Position numbers and translations under genes: made by a program
Notes under the pieces: generated by a model
Databases searched by the model: none
The model's input: the letters and a program-made list of their open reading frames with translations, nothing else
Told to the model about the DNA's origin: nothing
In this document: positions 25,964-36,187 of the stretch, in pieces
How the letters are laid out: each line of letters opens with the position of its first letter
Numbering within the stretch: position 1 is the stretch's first letter
Assembly: GCA_017395505.1 (NCBI GenBank)
Contig: JAFPUH010000042.1
Coordinates: forward strand, 1,442 to 65,441
Direction: 5' to 3'
DNA: 64,000 nt
DNA from: Kiritimatiellia bacterium
Lineage (GTDB): Bacteria; Verrucomicrobiota; Kiritimatiellia; RFP12; UBA1067

Positions 25964-27052
25964 ATGGCAATATTCTCTCCACTTACAGTTAAGCGATTCC
26001 GTTCGTTCAAGCGCATCCGCCGTGCGTGGTGGTCGCTGATAGGGCTGGGAATCATCTTCGTGTTTTGCATGCTCGCCGACGTGGTATGCCCGTGCGATCC
26101 TCGCGCGGTTGTCGACACGGCGACGCTCGAGAAGTACCGCAAGCCGGTAGTCGAGCAGACTTACGACATAAAGACAGTGCGCTACAACCTGGGCGACGAC
26201 GGGTCGATATGGGACTACGAAGGGCCGAAGGACGTCAACGAGGCCGACTACAACGTGACGCGCACGCAGCGCGACGGCTATACGCGCGTTTTCATGGAGC
26301 CGAAGGAACCGCCGGCCGTTACCGAACGCATACTGCCGGCGCCGGAGATAAGCTTTCCGTTCCGTCCGTGCAAGGCGCATCCGTTCGGCATTGACGCCGG
26401 AGGACGCGATGTCTACGCCCGCGTGGTGCACGGAATGCGGATAGCGCTGCTCTTCGGAATAATCCTCGCTGCATCCGGAATGTTCATAGGGCTTGTGGTC
26501 GGCGCTGTAGAGGGCTACTTTGGCGGAAAGGTCGACATAACCCTGCAGCGCTTCACCGAGATATGGAGCGCAATGCCGTTCCTCTACATCATGATCTTCA
26601 TAGGATCGACGATGGGCCGCAGCTTCACGATACTGCTTATATGCTATGCGATCTTCAACTGGATCGGCGTAAGCTACTACATGCGTGCGGAGTTCCTGCG
26701 CCTCAGGTCGCGCACATTCGTCGAGGCGGCGAAGGTGCAGGGCTTCTCTGCAGCGCGCATCATCTTCGGGCACATACTGCCGAACGCGCTGACGCCGCTC
26801 ATCACACTCTTCCCGTTCCTGCTCATGGGCGCGATAGGCTCTCTGGCTGCGCTTGACTTTCTCGGCTTCGGCCTGCCGCCGATGACTCCGAGCTGCGGCG
26901 AGCTGATGAACCAGGCCCAGCAGTTCCGCTTCGCGTGGTGGCTGATCCTCTTCCCGGCGCTTGCGCTGTTCATCGTGATGCTTCTGACGGTTCTGGTCGG
27001 CGAAGGTCTGCGCGACGCGTTTGATCCGCGCCAGAAGTCGAAGCTCGAATAG
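25964..27052 (+). CDS. ABC transporter permease (OppC/YejE-like)
   Basis: Multi-TM protein paired with the preceding permease. Ends with TAG. Confidence 0.85.
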   Translation: MAIFSPLTVKRFRSFKRIRRAWWSLIGLGIIFVFCMLADVVCPCDPRAVVDTATLEKYRKPVVEQTYDIKTVRYNLGDDGSIWDYEGPKDVNEADYNVTRTQRDGYTRVFMEPKEPPAVTERILPAPEISFPFRPCKAHPFGIDAGGRDVYARVVHGMRIALLFGIILAASGMFIGLVVGAVEGYFGGKVDITLQRFTEIWSAMPFLYIMIFIGSTMGRSFTILLICYAIFNWIGVSYYMRAEFLRLRSRTFVEAAKVQGFSAARIIFGHILPNALTPLITLFPFLLMGAIGSLAALDFLGFGLPPMTPSCGELMNQAQQFRFAWWLILFPALALFIVMLLTVLVGEGLRDAFDPRQKSKLE

Positions 27053-27058
27053 TACGAA

Positions 27059-29470
27059 ATGGCTGAAGAGCTGACCCCGATGATGCGCCAGTATCTCGCC
27101 ATGAAGCGCGAGATACCGAAGGGTGCGATATTGATGTTCCGTCTCGGAGACTTCTACGAGATGTTCGGAGAGGATGCCATTGTCGCGTCGCCCATTCTCG
27201 GGGCCACTCTCACGCGCCGAGGCAACCAGCCGATGTGCGGGGTGCCGCATCATGCGCTCAATGCGTATCTAGCCAAACTAATCAGGGCCGGGAAGACGGC
27301 TGCGCTCTGCGATCAGGTGGAGGATCCCAAGACTGCGAAAGGGCTTGTCCGCCGCGAGATAACGCGGATCGTCACGCCAGGCACAGTCACGGAGGACGGA
27401 CTGCTTGATGAGACAGCCAACAACTACATAGCCGCCGTTTCGGGGCTGGGGCTTGCGCTGCTCGACCTTTCGACGGGCGAATTCTGCGTCGAGGGGTTCG
27501 CGAACGAGGCAAAGCTCGCCGAGGGGATCGAAAGGGCGCGGCCGGCCGAGATGCTGGAGGCGACGGACGAGAACCGCTGGACGTTTTCGATCGACGCTGC
27601 CTACGACTGTCTTACGCGCCATCTCAAGGTGCTTTCGCTGGACGGTTTCGGGCTGACGGGCAAGAATGACCTCATATGCGCTGCAGGTGCGCTGCTCTAC
27701 TATGTCGGCACGACGCTGCACCATTCCCTTGAGCATGTCAGGAAGGTTTCGCTCAGGGGCGGAGACGACGCGCTTGTGCTGGACGGCGGCACGATACGCC
27801 ACCTTCAGCTTCTGCCGGGAGGCGAGGTTTCCAAGGATGCGTCGCTGTTGGGCGTTCTGGATGTGACCAAGACCCCGATGGGAGCCAGGACGCTCAGAAA
27901 CTGGATAGCCCGTCCGCTTGCACGTTCCGCTGACGTCAATGCGAGACTGGATTCCGTCGGCGCATTCGTGGGAAACCGCACTTCGCTTGCGCAGCTCAGG
28001 GTGCTTCTGAACGGCGTTCGAGACCTTGAGCGTCTCATAGCCAAGGTCAACGCGATGCGGGCAAATCCGCGCGACATGAAGGCTTTGGCGTCATCTCTAA
28101 GGCCGATACCGGATGTTTTGGGCGAGCTTGACGCGACGGGTGCAAGACTTGCGACCGCCAGGCCGACGCCGCAGCCCGAGATAGTGGATTTGATAGACCG
28201 CGCAATAGCCGAAGAGCCACCTGTGACTCTCGTGGACGGCGGGTTCATCGCACCCGGATACAACGCAGAGCTGGATGAGCTTCGCGATATAGCGAGGGAA
28301 GGGCATGCGTGGCTTGCGGAATACCAAGCCAAGGAGCAGGCGAGAACCGGCATCTCGAAGCTCAAGGTTAAGCATGTCTCGACATTCGGCTTTGTGATAG
28401 AGATACCTAAGGGTTCGATTGCAATGGCGCCGGCAGACTACGAGCGTCGCCAGACGCTGACGACGGGCGAGCGGTATGTCACGCCGGAGCTTAAGGACTA
28501 CGAGCGCAAGGTTCTCGGAGCGCAGGAGAAGTCGATAGCGATCGAACAGAGGCTTTTCCGCGAAATTCTGGAGACGGTTTCGGCCAAGACCGTCGCCATA
28601 CAGGAGACGGCGCTTGCTCTTGGCGAACTTGACGCGCTGCTATCCTTGGCGGACAGGGCTTTGGCCGCAGGCTACGTAAGGCCAGTGGTGGACGATTCGG
28701 ACGAGCTTGAGTTGGTTGATGGACGCCACCCCATAATCGAGCAGTTGCCGGATGCGGAGCCGTTTGTGCCGAATTCCGCGCATTTGAACACAACCACCGA
28801 CCAGATAATGCTCATAACGGGGCCTAATATGGCCGGCAAGTCCACTTACATACGCCAGGTTGCGACCATTGCAGTCATGGCGCAGATGGGCAGCTATGTT
28901 CCGGCGACGTCCATGAGGCTGGGGGTGCTGGATCGCGTGTTCACGCGAATCGGTGCCGGCGACGACCTCGCAAGGGGGCGTTCGACGTTCCTGGTGGAGA
29001 TGCAGGAGACGGCGAACATACTCAACAACGCCACGACAAAATCGCTCATAGTGTTGGACGAGATAGGACGCGGAACCTCTACCTTCGACGGCATATCAAT
29101 CGCCTGGTCGGTGGCCGAATACCTGCACGGCAAGGCGTCCGCAAAGGCGAAAACCCTTTTTGCGACCCACTATCACGAGCTTACCGATCTTGCCGACATA
29201 CTGCAGGGTGTGAAGAACTATACCGTCCGCGTCAAGGAGGAGGGAGGACGGGTGGTCTTTCTGCGGCGTATCGCGCCAGGCGTAGCCGAGAAGAGCTTTG
29301 GAATACACGTCGGGGCCATGGCGGGGCTGCCTAAGGAGGTTGTCGACCGTGCCGCCCAGATACTGAAGAACCTGGAGGCCAATGAACTGGACATCAATGC
29401 GCCGGCTAAGGTCGTGAAAAGGCCTCGCCGGAAGATACATGAAATGCCAGGACAAATGACCTTCTTCTAA
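27059..29470 (+). CDS. mutS: DNA mismatch repair protein MutS
   Basis: N-terminus TPMMRQYLAMK...FRLGDFYEMFGEDA and Walker A GPNMAGKST; 803 aa. Confidence 0.95.
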   Translation: MAEELTPMMRQYLAMKREIPKGAILMFRLGDFYEMFGEDAIVASPILGATLTRRGNQPMCGVPHHALNAYLAKLIRAGKTAALCDQVEDPKTAKGLVRREITRIVTPGTVTEDGLLDETANNYIAAVSGLGLALLDLSTGEFCVEGFANEAKLAEGIERARPAEMLEATDENRWTFSIDAAYDCLTRHLKVLSLDGFGLTGKNDLICAAGALLYYVGTTLHHSLEHVRKVSLRGGDDALVLDGGTIRHLQLLPGGEVSKDASLLGVLDVTKTPMGARTLRNWIARPLARSADVNARLDSVGAFVGNRTSLAQLRVLLNGVRDLERLIAKVNAMRANPRDMKALASSLRPIPDVLGELDATGARLATARPTPQPEIVDLIDRAIAEEPPVTLVDGGFIAPGYNAELDELRDIAREGHAWLAEYQAKEQARTGISKLKVKHVSTFGFVIEIPKGSIAMAPADYERRQTLTTGERYVTPELKDYERKVLGAQEKSIAIEQRLFREILETVSAKTVAIQETALALGELDALLSLADRALAAGYVRPVVDDSDELELVDGRHPIIEQLPDAEPFVPNSAHLNTTTDQIMLITGPNMAGKSTYIRQVATIAVMAQMGSYVPATSMRLGVLDRVFTRIGAGDDLARGRSTFLVEMQETANILNNATTKSLIVLDEIGRGTSTFDGISIAWSVAEYLHGKASAKAKTLFATHYHELTDLADILQGVKNYTVRVKEEGGRVVFLRRIAPGVAEKSFGIHVGAMAGLPKEVVDRAAQILKNLEANELDINAPAKVVKRPRRKIHEMPGQMTFF

Positions 29471-29500
29471 GTGGCGAAGAACCGACGTTTTTGGTATACT
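29471..29500 (+). promoter_or_regulatory. extended -10 promoter (TGGTATACT) upstream of hisI
   Basis: TGGTATACT at 29492-29500, with a weak -35. Confidence 0.35.
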
Positions 29501-29529
29501 ACTACACATACGCACAAATTGGGTTACAT

Positions 29530-29931
29530 ATGGGACAGCTTGAAGAATCTCTGGAACTTACGCTCGACTTCACGAAGCTCGAGAAAATAGGCGCTGGCGT
29601 CATACCAGTCGCCGTTCAGAACGTCGACACCAAGGAGGTCATACTCGTCGCCTACACGAACGAGTTCGCCATGAAGGAGAGCTTTGCCAAGCGCAAGCTC
29701 ATACTGTGGTCGACGAGCCGCAACAAGCTCTGGTTCAAGGGCGAGACCAGCGGCGAGACGTTCGATCTTCTTGAGGCTTACGTCAATTGCGAGCAGAATT
29801 CGCTGGTATATGTGGTGCGGCCGTGCCGCGGCGGCATATGCCACACGAAGAACAAGAAGGGCGAGCCGCGCAACTGCTACTACAGGCGTATCGACTTCGA
29901 TACTTTAAAACTCACAAATATCGACGAATAA
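29530..29931 (+). CDS. hisI: phosphoribosyl-AMP cyclohydrolase
   Basis: LWSTSRNKLWFKGETSG and a Cys-containing C-terminal half, as in HisI. Trimmed to the ATG at 29530. Confidence 0.8.
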   Translation: MGQLEESLELTLDFTKLEKIGAGVIPVAVQNVDTKEVILVAYTNEFAMKESFAKRKLILWSTSRNKLWFKGETSGETFDLLEAYVNCEQNSLVYVVRPCRGGICHTKNKKGEPRNCYYRRIDFDTLKLTNIDE

Positions 29932-29945
29932 GGAAAGGCTACGAT

Positions 29946-30167
29946 ATGATAGGTCAGGGTATTGTTCTGATGTTGGCCGGAATGGGTATCGTCTACCTGT
30001 TTCTGCTTGTTCTGATACTGGTGACTACGGTGTCGATGAAGGGCATCGCCCGTTTTGACGGCATACTGCCGCAGGACGCGCCCAAGAAGAAGCCGGCGGC
30101 CGCCGCAAAGGCGGGATCCGACGATGAAAATGTCGCGCTCGCGATTGCGGTCGCGCTCAACGCCTGA
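29946..30167 (+). CDS. oadG: oxaloacetate decarboxylase gamma subunit-like
   Basis: A 73-aa single-TM protein with an Ala/Lys-rich tail, immediately upstream of oadA. Confidence 0.6.
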   Translation: MIGQGIVLMLAGMGIVYLFLLVLILVTTVSMKGIARFDGILPQDAPKKKPAAAAKAGSDDENVALAIAVALNA

Positions 30168-30202
30168 TACACAGCGATTTCAAAAGATAAGGGGTAAACA
30201 AA

Positions 30203-32029
30203 ATGGCCAAGAAAACAGTCAAGTTCATGTGCACGGCGTTCCGTGACGGCTTCCAGTCCGTGATCGGCGCCCGCGTTCTCTCCAAGGATTTCCTCCCTTG
30301 CGTCGAGGAGGCCTACCAGGCTGGCGTACGCTGGTTCGAGGCGGGCGGCGGCGCACGCTTCCAAAGCTGCTATTTCTACTGCCAGGAGGATGCGTTCGAT
30401 GTTATGGACGCTTTCCGCAAGGCAGCCCCTGAAGCCGACCTGCAGACGCTCTCCCGTGGCGTCAACGTCGTCGGTCTTGAGAGCCAGCCGAGCGACATGA
30501 TCAAGCTCCACGCCCAGATGTTCAAGAAGCATGGCATGAGCTCGATCCGCAACTTCGACGCGCTGAACGACGTGAACAACCTCAGGTGGTCCGGCCAGTG
30601 CATCCATGATGCGGGCCTCAACCACGAAGTCGTCGTGACGATGATGGGCCTGCCGCCCGGTATCGACAACAAGGGCACCCACACGCCGGAGTTCTACCGC
30701 GACCGTCTGAAGCTCATCATGGATGCGGGTATTCCTTTCGACCGCGTCGCCTTCAAGGACGCTTCGGGAACCTCGACCCCTGCGACCGTCTACAACACGA
30801 TGAAGCTCGCCCGCAAGCTGCTCGGCGACAAGGTGCACATCCAGTTCCACAGCCACGAGACGGCCGGCAACGGCGTTGCGTGCTATCTTGCGGCGCTTAA
30901 GGGCGGCGCAGACGGCATCGACCTTTCGATGGCTCCGATGAGCGGCGGCACCTGCCAGCCCGACATCATCACCATGTGGCACTGTCTTGACGGCGACCCT
31001 GACTTCTGCTTCGATTTCGACATCGAGAAGATAAAGAAGGCCGAGGACTCCTTCAAGAACGCTATGAAGAAGTACTTCCTGCCGCCGGAAGCGATGAGCG
31101 TCAATCCGCAGATCATCTGGAGCCCGATGCCGGGCGGTGCGCTGACGGCAAACACGCAGATGCTTCGCGACAACAACATGATGGACAAGTACGACGACAT
31201 GATCGCTGAGATGTACGACTGCGTGCGTCTTGGCGGCTTTGGCACGTCGGTCACGCCCGTCTCGCAGTTCTACGCGCAGCAGGCGATTCAGAACGTCATG
31301 TTCGGCAAGTTCAAGAAGTTTGCCCCCGGCTACGCCAAGATGGTGCTCGGCTACTTCGGCAAGACGCCCGTTCCGCCGGATCCCGAGATCGTCAAGAAGG
31401 CTGCGGAGTTCATGGCGTCGAACGAGCTCACGAAGCCCTATTCCACGCCTACCACGAAGACCGTGCTTGAACTGAACGACGCCGATCCCAACAAGGGTGG
31501 TGCCGTTGCCAAGAAGGCGCTCGAGGATGCCGGTCTGCCGGTCACGGACGAGAACATCTTCATCGCAGCCGCATGCAAGGAGAAGGGCATCCTCTTCCTT
31601 AAGGATCCTTCCAAGGCGCCGATGGGTTGCCGCTTCGCCGAGGATGCTGCGCCCAAGTCTGCCGCAGGCAAGGACGGTGTGACCGTAACCATCAACGGCA
31701 AGACGTATGGCGTCAAGATCACTGGCGATGGCAAGGCCGTCGTCAACGGCAAGGAAGTCGCCTTCAAGAGCGAGGCTGGCGTTAAGGCCGCAGCTCCGGC
31801 GGCCGCAGCTCCGGCGGGTGGGCAGGAGGTCAAGGCTCCCGTGCCCGGAACCATCCTTCGCGTCACAGCTTCGAGCGGAACCAAGGTCTCCAAGGGCGAC
31901 GAGCTGCTCGTCATGGACGTCATGAAGATGGAAACTCCCGTTGCGGCTCCATGCGACGGTACCGTTACCGTAATGGTCAACGCCACTGACAAGGTCGCCA
32001 CGGGCGATGTGCTGGCCGTGATCGGCTGA
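30203..32029 (+). CDS. oadA: oxaloacetate decarboxylase alpha subunit (carboxyltransferase + biotinyl domain)
   Basis: TIM-barrel carboxyltransferase motifs (FRDGFQS, HSHETAG) and a C-terminal biotin attachment motif (DVMKME). Confidence 0.85.
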   Translation: MAKKTVKFMCTAFRDGFQSVIGARVLSKDFLPCVEEAYQAGVRWFEAGGGARFQSCYFYCQEDAFDVMDAFRKAAPEADLQTLSRGVNVVGLESQPSDMIKLHAQMFKKHGMSSIRNFDALNDVNNLRWSGQCIHDAGLNHEVVVTMMGLPPGIDNKGTHTPEFYRDRLKLIMDAGIPFDRVAFKDASGTSTPATVYNTMKLARKLLGDKVHIQFHSHETAGNGVACYLAALKGGADGIDLSMAPMSGGTCQPDIITMWHCLDGDPDFCFDFDIEKIKKAEDSFKNAMKKYFLPPEAMSVNPQIIWSPMPGGALTANTQMLRDNNMMDKYDDMIAEMYDCVRLGGFGTSVTPVSQFYAQQAIQNVMFGKFKKFAPGYAKMVLGYFGKTPVPPDPEIVKKAAEFMASNELTKPYSTPTTKTVLELNDADPNKGGAVAKKALEDAGLPVTDENIFIAAACKEKGILFLKDPSKAPMGCRFAEDAAPKSAAGKDGVTVTINGKTYGVKITGDGKAVVNGKEVAFKSEAGVKAAAPAAAAPAGGQEVKAPVPGTILRVTASSGTKVSKGDELLVMDVMKMETPVAAPCDGTVTVMVNATDKVATGDVLAVIG

Positions 32030-32040
32030 GGAGGATGTAA

Positions 32041-33606
32041 ATGAAGAAACTCCTGATGTCTATTGCTGTCGCGGTTTGCGCGCTTGGCGCGCAGGCCGAG
32101 GGCAACTGGCAGGATACGTTGGCGAAGGTCAAGAACCTCGCAGGCGACACCGGCATTTCTGGTTTCGTCAAGCGCGAGGCTCCGGCATACATAACCGGAA
32201 ACTTCGCCGCTGCCGACAGACCTGCCGCGCCGAACCTCGCAATGGGTCGCCAGCCGCGCGAAAACCACGTCAACAAGAACGGCTTTTATGTGGTGGACTA
32301 CATACAGGCCGAGACGCTTTCGACCGACGGCCATGAGGTCAAGCTTGGCGACTGGATTGGCGGATACTTCGATGAGAACGGTTCGTTCGTCAAGGGACAT
32401 GAGGTCAAGACGCTGTTTGGAATGCCCTATGGTGTTGGGCAGCTCATCATGATTCCGCTGTGTCTTTTGATGATGTATCTCGCGATTGTCAAGGGTTTTG
32501 AGCCTCTTTTGCTGCTACCGATCGGCTTTGGCGGGCTTCTCGCCAACTGTCCGCTCGCCGGTGTGACGGCGCCAGCGATGATGCATGATGGCGTGATCAC
32601 GTTCCTCGCTTCGGGTCTGCCGGTCATGCAGGGTGGCATTGTCGAACCTGGTGGCTTTCTGCACTACTTCTTCAAGTTCGGCATCGATACGGGAGTGTTC
32701 CCGATCATGATCTTCATGGGTGTCGGCGCCATGACGGACTTCGGTCCGCTGATCGCCAATCCTAAGATGGCTCTTCTCGGTGGCGCCGCACAGTTCGGCA
32801 TCTTCTTCGCGCTCTTTGGCGCTCTTGGCCTCGCCTCGCTCTTCGGCGCCGACTTCTTTGGCGGTGTCGATCCTGTCAAGGCCGCTGCCTCGATCGGTAT
32901 CATAGGTGGTGCCGACGGCCCGACGGCAATATGGCTTACGAGCCGCCTAGCCCCCGATCTTCTGGGTGCGATCGCTGTCGCCGCGTACTCCTACATGGCT
33001 CTGGTGCCGATCATCCAGCCTCCGATCATGAATGCGCTCACGACGAAGGAAGAGCGCCTCATCAAGATGCCGCCGCTTCGTGAGGTCAAGAAGATTGAGA
33101 AGATATGCTTCCCGCTCATCGTGCTGCTCCTCTGTGCGGTGCTTCTGCCGTCTGCGGTGCCGCTCATCGGCGCCTTGATGCTCGGCAATCTCGCCAAGGA
33201 GGCTGGTTCGTCGGTTGCGCGAATCAGCGATACGATGTCCAACGCGCTCATCAACATCGTCACCATAATGCTTGGCCTCTCGGTAGGCTCCAAGCTCGCC
33301 TGCGAGAAGTTCCTGTCCGGAACCACGCTCGGCATCCTCGCGCTTGGCCTCTGCGCATTCTGCGTAGGAACCGCAGCTGGAGTGCTTATGGCGAAGCTCA
33401 TGAACCTGTTTTCGAAGGAGAAGGTGAATCCGCTTATCGGATCCGCCGGAGTCTCGGCGGTTCCGATGGCTGCGCGCGTTTCCAACAAGGTAGCGCTCCA
33501 GAACGATCCGACGAACTTCCTGCTGATGCAGGCAATGGGTCCGAACGTCTCTGGCGTCATAGGCTCGGCGGTCGTTGCCGGCGTTCTCTATACACTTTGC
33601 CGTTAA
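32041..33606 (+). CDS. oadB: Na+-translocating decarboxylase beta subunit with ~135-aa N-terminal extension
   Basis: The core from about aa 135 onward ([19 protein letters not shown]) is multi-TM and OadB-like. The N-terminus carries a signal peptide and a soluble segment. Confidence 0.85.
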   Translation: MKKLLMSIAVAVCALGAQAEGNWQDTLAKVKNLAGDTGISGFVKREAPAYITGNFAAADRPAAPNLAMGRQPRENHVNKNGFYVVDYIQAETLSTDGHEVKLGDWIGGYFDENGSFVKGHEVKTLFGMPYGVGQLIMIPLCLLMMYLAIVKGFEPLLLLPIGFGGLLANCPLAGVTAPAMMHDGVITFLASGLPVMQGGIVEPGGFLHYFFKFGIDTGVFPIMIFMGVGAMTDFGPLIANPKMALLGGAAQFGIFFALFGALGLASLFGADFFGGVDPVKAAASIGIIGGADGPTAIWLTSRLAPDLLGAIAVAAYSYMALVPIIQPPIMNALTTKEERLIKMPPLREVKKIEKICFPLIVLLLCAVLLPSAVPLIGALMLGNLAKEAGSSVARISDTMSNALINIVTIMLGLSVGSKLACEKFLSGTTLGILALGLCAFCVGTAAGVLMAKLMNLFSKEKVNPLIGSAGVSAVPMAARVSNKVALQNDPTNFLLMQAMGPNVSGVIGSAVVAGVLYTLCR

Positions 33607-33609
33607 GAG

Positions 33610-34545
33610 ATGATGCGCACCTCCAAGATCCTTACGGTCATCGCCGCGCTCGCCGTCTCGACGGCGGCGCAGGCTTCTTGGTATTGGCCATTCGGGTCTG
33701 ACGGCGACTCCAGGAAGAAAGACCAGCCTCGTCTTTCTGAGTTGATGGAGCAGGCTTCGATCGCGATCGACAATGCAAGCGATTTGGCGGCTGAAGGCAA
33801 GGTGGAGGAGGCGGTTGCGGAGTACCGTCGTGCGCTAGATGAACTCGACCGTGTAGAGCGCGAGAATCCTGAGCGGGCGGCGACTCCGGAGTTTGCGACT
33901 GTCAGGAACAAGCGTGCGATAGTGAACGCTTCGATAGACTCGCTGTACCTTGCCCAGGCGCGCGAGAATGCTAGGGCTGTGGCCGTGACGGACACAACCG
34001 AGCTAGAGAGGCGCTTTGCCGAAAGGCGGGCCGAGCGTATTGCGGCCACGAACGGCGAGAGAAAGTCCCTCAAGCCACAGCTTGAGAGCCAACTCGACGC
34101 CTATATGGTCGAAGAGCGGAAGCGCAACCATGCTGTCGAGCAGGAGGCCGAGAGGGTCAAGACGGAGCGCACGATAAGCGAACTGCTTGCGAAGGATCCA
34201 AATAGCCGCAAAGCGCGTTTGCTGCAGGCCAACGAGATGCTGAAGGCCGAGGATGTTGATGGAGCCGTAGCAAAACTCAATGAGATACTGGAGAAAAACC
34301 CTGACGACGTCTCGGCTCTCAACATGCTCGCCATATGCCAGGTGAACAAGGGCGAGACAAAGGCCGCTCAAAAGACGTTGGTCCATGCCATCAAGGCTAA
34401 TCCCAGTGACTATCATGCCTTCTACAACATGAGCAGGATCATTGTGCAGACCGGCGGCAAGAAGTCCACTGCGAAGCGCTACTACGACACTGGGCGCAAG
34501 CTCGGCGGCCCAGAGGACAAGGGCATGGAGGCGCTTTTCAAATGA
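33610..34545 (+). CDS. secreted TPR-repeat protein
   Basis: Signal peptide, a coiled-coil region, and C-terminal TPR-like repeats (NPDDVSALNMLAICQVNKGE...). Confidence 0.7.
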   Translation: MMRTSKILTVIAALAVSTAAQASWYWPFGSDGDSRKKDQPRLSELMEQASIAIDNASDLAAEGKVEEAVAEYRRALDELDRVERENPERAATPEFATVRNKRAIVNASIDSLYLAQARENARAVAVTDTTELERRFAERRAERIAATNGERKSLKPQLESQLDAYMVEERKRNHAVEQEAERVKTERTISELLAKDPNSRKARLLQANEMLKAEDVDGAVAKLNEILEKNPDDVSALNMLAICQVNKGETKAAQKTLVHAIKANPSDYHAFYNMSRIIVQTGGKKSTAKRYYDTGRKLGGPEDKGMEALFK

Positions 34546-35117
34546 TAGCCCTGTTGGCCAGCTTCTTGATATCGACGAACGCGCCAGCTTCGGAGCTTGT
34601 GCAGAGCTGCCGGACGATGATACCTGCAGATGTCGAGCTTGACGGCCGAATAATTCTCAGGAACCGCAAGGGGTTCTCACAGGCGGAGTATGACTATGTT
34701 CTGACGCGCAGATCGGGAGAGACAGACCTTGTGCTAAAGGACGCCTCGGGCAGCAAGGTGGATTTTGAGCGCGAGGGGCGCATACTCGGAACGGACGTCA
34801 CCTGGAGCGACATCACACTTGATTATCTTTGGTGGGACGATTTCTCATTTGATGAGGAACGCGAGGCCGAGTCTGTTCATGGGCAGACATGCTCTGTGGT
34901 GATTATGAAAAAGGGCGATAGGACGGTGCGCGTCTGGGTGGACCGCAAGACCGGCGCCCTTATGCAGGCAGAGGAGCTTGTGTCCGGCAAGCCTGTTCGT
35001 AGGTTGTGGGGAACCCGCATAAAGAAGTTTGGCGATCGCTGGATGGCGAACGTCATGGAGGTTGAAACACTTGGTTCGGGCCACCGTACCAAAATAACAG
35101 TTGAGGAGCTGAGATGA
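34542..35117 (+). CDS. LolA-like / outer-membrane lipoprotein-sorting-like protein
   Basis: Signal peptide and 191 aa. Resemblance to the LolA-fold family is by eye only. Overlaps both neighbouring genes by 4 nt. Confidence 0.5.
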   Translation: MIALLASFLISTNAPASELVQSCRTMIPADVELDGRIILRNRKGFSQAEYDYVLTRRSGETDLVLKDASGSKVDFEREGRILGTDVTWSDITLDYLWWDDFSFDEEREAESVHGQTCSVVIMKKGDRTVRVWVDRKTGALMQAEELVSGKPVRRLWGTRIKKFGDRWMANVMEVETLGSGHRTKITVEELR

Positions 35118-36175
35118 AGGCGATAAAGAAACTACTGAAATTCATATTGTGGCTGGTCGTGACGGTTGTCGTCATTGCGTTGCTGCTCGTGCTTACGCTT
35201 CCGATGTGGATCGGCCCTGTGGCCAAGACCGCTGCAAACCGAACGGTCCCAGGCATCACGGGAACAGGATTCCGCCTTGGTGAGTTCGGTTTGAACTACT
35301 ACACAGGTAATGTCAGGCTTGGTGACGTGTGGCTGGCCAACCCGGAAGGCTACACCCCCTGCGACGCTCTTAGGCTCGGTGTTTTCAAGGTCGATCTTGA
35401 TGTGGGCTCTCTTCTGGAGGACACGGTGATAATTCACGAGATTGCGATTCGTGACGTGTTTGTCTCCTATGTCTCAAAGGACGGCGTCTACAACTTCGAC
35501 GCAATTGCCGCGAATGCCCAGAATGCGCTCGCCGGAGAAGGTTGCGAAACCGTAGAAGAGGCTCCCCAGACAGAGGAAAGGAAGGACGGCGACGAAGAGC
35601 CTGCGTCAGGCTCGTCCCAGAAGAAGGTCATCATCGACAAGATTGAGATTGCAGGTGTGACGGTTCAGTGGGGACCGGTGCCGCTTCCGTTGCCCAAGAT
35701 CACGCTCAAGGACATCGGCCGTGAATCTGGCGGCGTGTCATGGGATGTCGCATGGCGCGAGATTTCAGACAAGCTTCTCAACCAGATAAACTCTTTGGGC
35801 AAGGGACTTGTCACCCTCGGCGAGACGGGCCTGGGTGCGGCCACAAACAGCATCAGTGTCGTTTCCGATGCGCTTCTCGACAGCTCGTCCGCGATTACCG
35901 GCGCCACCACGAACACCGTCAGCAACCTGAAGGACTCTTTCAAGGATGGTATTGGTTCCACCACAGAGGTCACATCCGGAATGCTACAGTCGACAGGCGA
36001 AGTCACCGCTGGTGCCATAAAATCCGCTGGAGAGGTGACGACCGACACCCTCAAATCTGCCGGGGAGGCGACGACAGATGTGCTCAAGTCGACAGGCGAC
36101 ACCTTGAAGTCCGCCGGACAGGAGCTTAAGTCGATAGGTAAAGATTTCAAGAACATGTTCAAGAACAACAAGTAA
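35114..36175 (+). CDS. membrane-anchored AsmA-like protein with C-terminal tandem KSAGE/TT repeats
   Basis: N-terminal TM helix. The C-terminal repeats (LKSAGEVTTDTLKSAGEATTDVLKSTGDTLKSAGQELKS) correspond to roughly 33-nt DNA repeats at 35980-36130. Confidence 0.6.
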   Translation: MKAIKKLLKFILWLVVTVVVIALLLVLTLPMWIGPVAKTAANRTVPGITGTGFRLGEFGLNYYTGNVRLGDVWLANPEGYTPCDALRLGVFKVDLDVGSLLEDTVIIHEIAIRDVFVSYVSKDGVYNFDAIAANAQNALAGEGCETVEEAPQTEERKDGDEEPASGSSQKKVIIDKIEIAGVTVQWGPVPLPLPKITLKDIGRESGGVSWDVAWREISDKLLNQINSLGKGLVTLGETGLGAATNSISVVSDALLDSSSAITGATTNTVSNLKDSFKDGIGSTTEVTSGMLQSTGEVTAGAIKSAGEVTTDTLKSAGEATTDVLKSTGDTLKSAGQELKSIGKDFKNMFKNNK

Positions 36176-36187
36176 GGCAACCACTAA

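Noticed and set aside
24907-27052. Orphan ABC permease pair as an unusual system
   Set aside because: A lone permease pair without an ATPase or binding protein is common when the partner genes are encoded elsewhere. Nothing else here is atypical.
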